DNA of 63,995 nt, filler included, from Stramenopiles sp. TOSAG23-3 (lineage: Eukaryota): the NCBI GenBank assembly GCA_900128585.1. It is 5 parts of 5 records of this genome, joined end to end, with 100 filler letters (N's around TTAATTAATTAA, not from the genome) between each part and the next. Parts side by side here need not be neighbours in the genome. Positions count along the whole stretch, not along the records: positions 52,042 to 63,995 come from LT642717.1; 4 more parts are not named here. The stretch is one strand, 5' to 3'. The notes below the pieces were generated by a model. That model was not told the DNA's origin and searched no databases. It was given only the letters and a program-made list of their open reading frames with translations. The position numbers and the translations under genes were made by a program. Shown here piece after piece: positions 63,841 to 63,995 of the stretch. Every line of letters begins with the position of its first letter. Positions within the stretch are counted from its first letter, which is position 1.

Positions 63841-63918
63841 CCATTTGGTACATCCCAACATCCCAACATCCCAACATCCCAATATCCCAACATCCCAATA
63901 TCCCATTTGGTACATCCC
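63841..63918. repeat. Tandem 8-mer (C/T)ATCCCAA x6 plus one variant, bracketed by direct repeat CCATTTGGTACATCCC
   Basis: Units at 63851-63906; 16-mer at 63841-63856 and 63903-63918. Confidence 0.9.
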
Positions 63919-63995
63919 CTATCAAGCGCAAAATCCCTACTTAATAAAAAAATCGAATACAAACGTAGTAGGTGCTCTGTATATGAGGACTACAT

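Larger units (their letters stand above)
52042..63995. other. Large eukaryotic DNA virus genome fragment (Mirusviricota or Nucleocytoviricota)
   Basis: Dense intronless ORFs with very short spacers, lower GC than host genes, resolvase, short TFIIS, TBP, patatin, HNH, AsnB. Confidence 0.88.

Noticed and set aside
63841-63918. CRISPR-like array
   Set aside because: Contiguous 8-mers with no unique spacers and no cas genes.

Overview
The window is not one locus. It holds five contigs of about 12.9 kb, joined by artificial 100-nt spacers (N44-TTAATTAATTAA-N44) and apparently sorted by length, so adjacency across spacers means nothing. Contigs 1-4 (1-51941) come from an intron-poor, flagellated microbial eukaryote; a heterotrophic stramenopile such as a MAST lineage is inferred, not shown. 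They have GC-richer genes in very AT-rich spacers: Sel1-repeat protein, GYF-PH-PX protein, CFAP77-like, TTL-family ligase, EMC2, GH36, Tousled-like kinase, GH20, a giant HECT E3, CCDC180, a PDE, VPS18 and LYRM5. Contig 5 (52042-63995) is a gene-dense, intronless, lower-GC fragment of a large eukaryotic DNA virus (Mirusviricota favoured, Nucleocytoviricota not excluded). It encodes patatin, a Holliday-junction resolvase, a P-loop NTPase, TFIIS, TBP, SemiSWEET, a kinase, an HNH nuclease and AsnB. Best candidate new system: a viral chromatin-transcription module. It comprises a minimal SPT16/FACT-like histone chaperone clustered with head-to-head TFIIS and TBP, plus a tightly positioned TATA-like promoter (GTATAWA/GTATTTAA, 27-33 nt before the ATG) that also reveals unannotated microproteins. 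The virus also encodes a TMEM8/myomaker-like CREST membrane protein. Host-side oddities: a 79-bp terminal inverted repeat bounding contig 2, a recurrent motif near gene 3' ends, and a VPS18 with NPF repeats and a RING lacking most zinc ligands.
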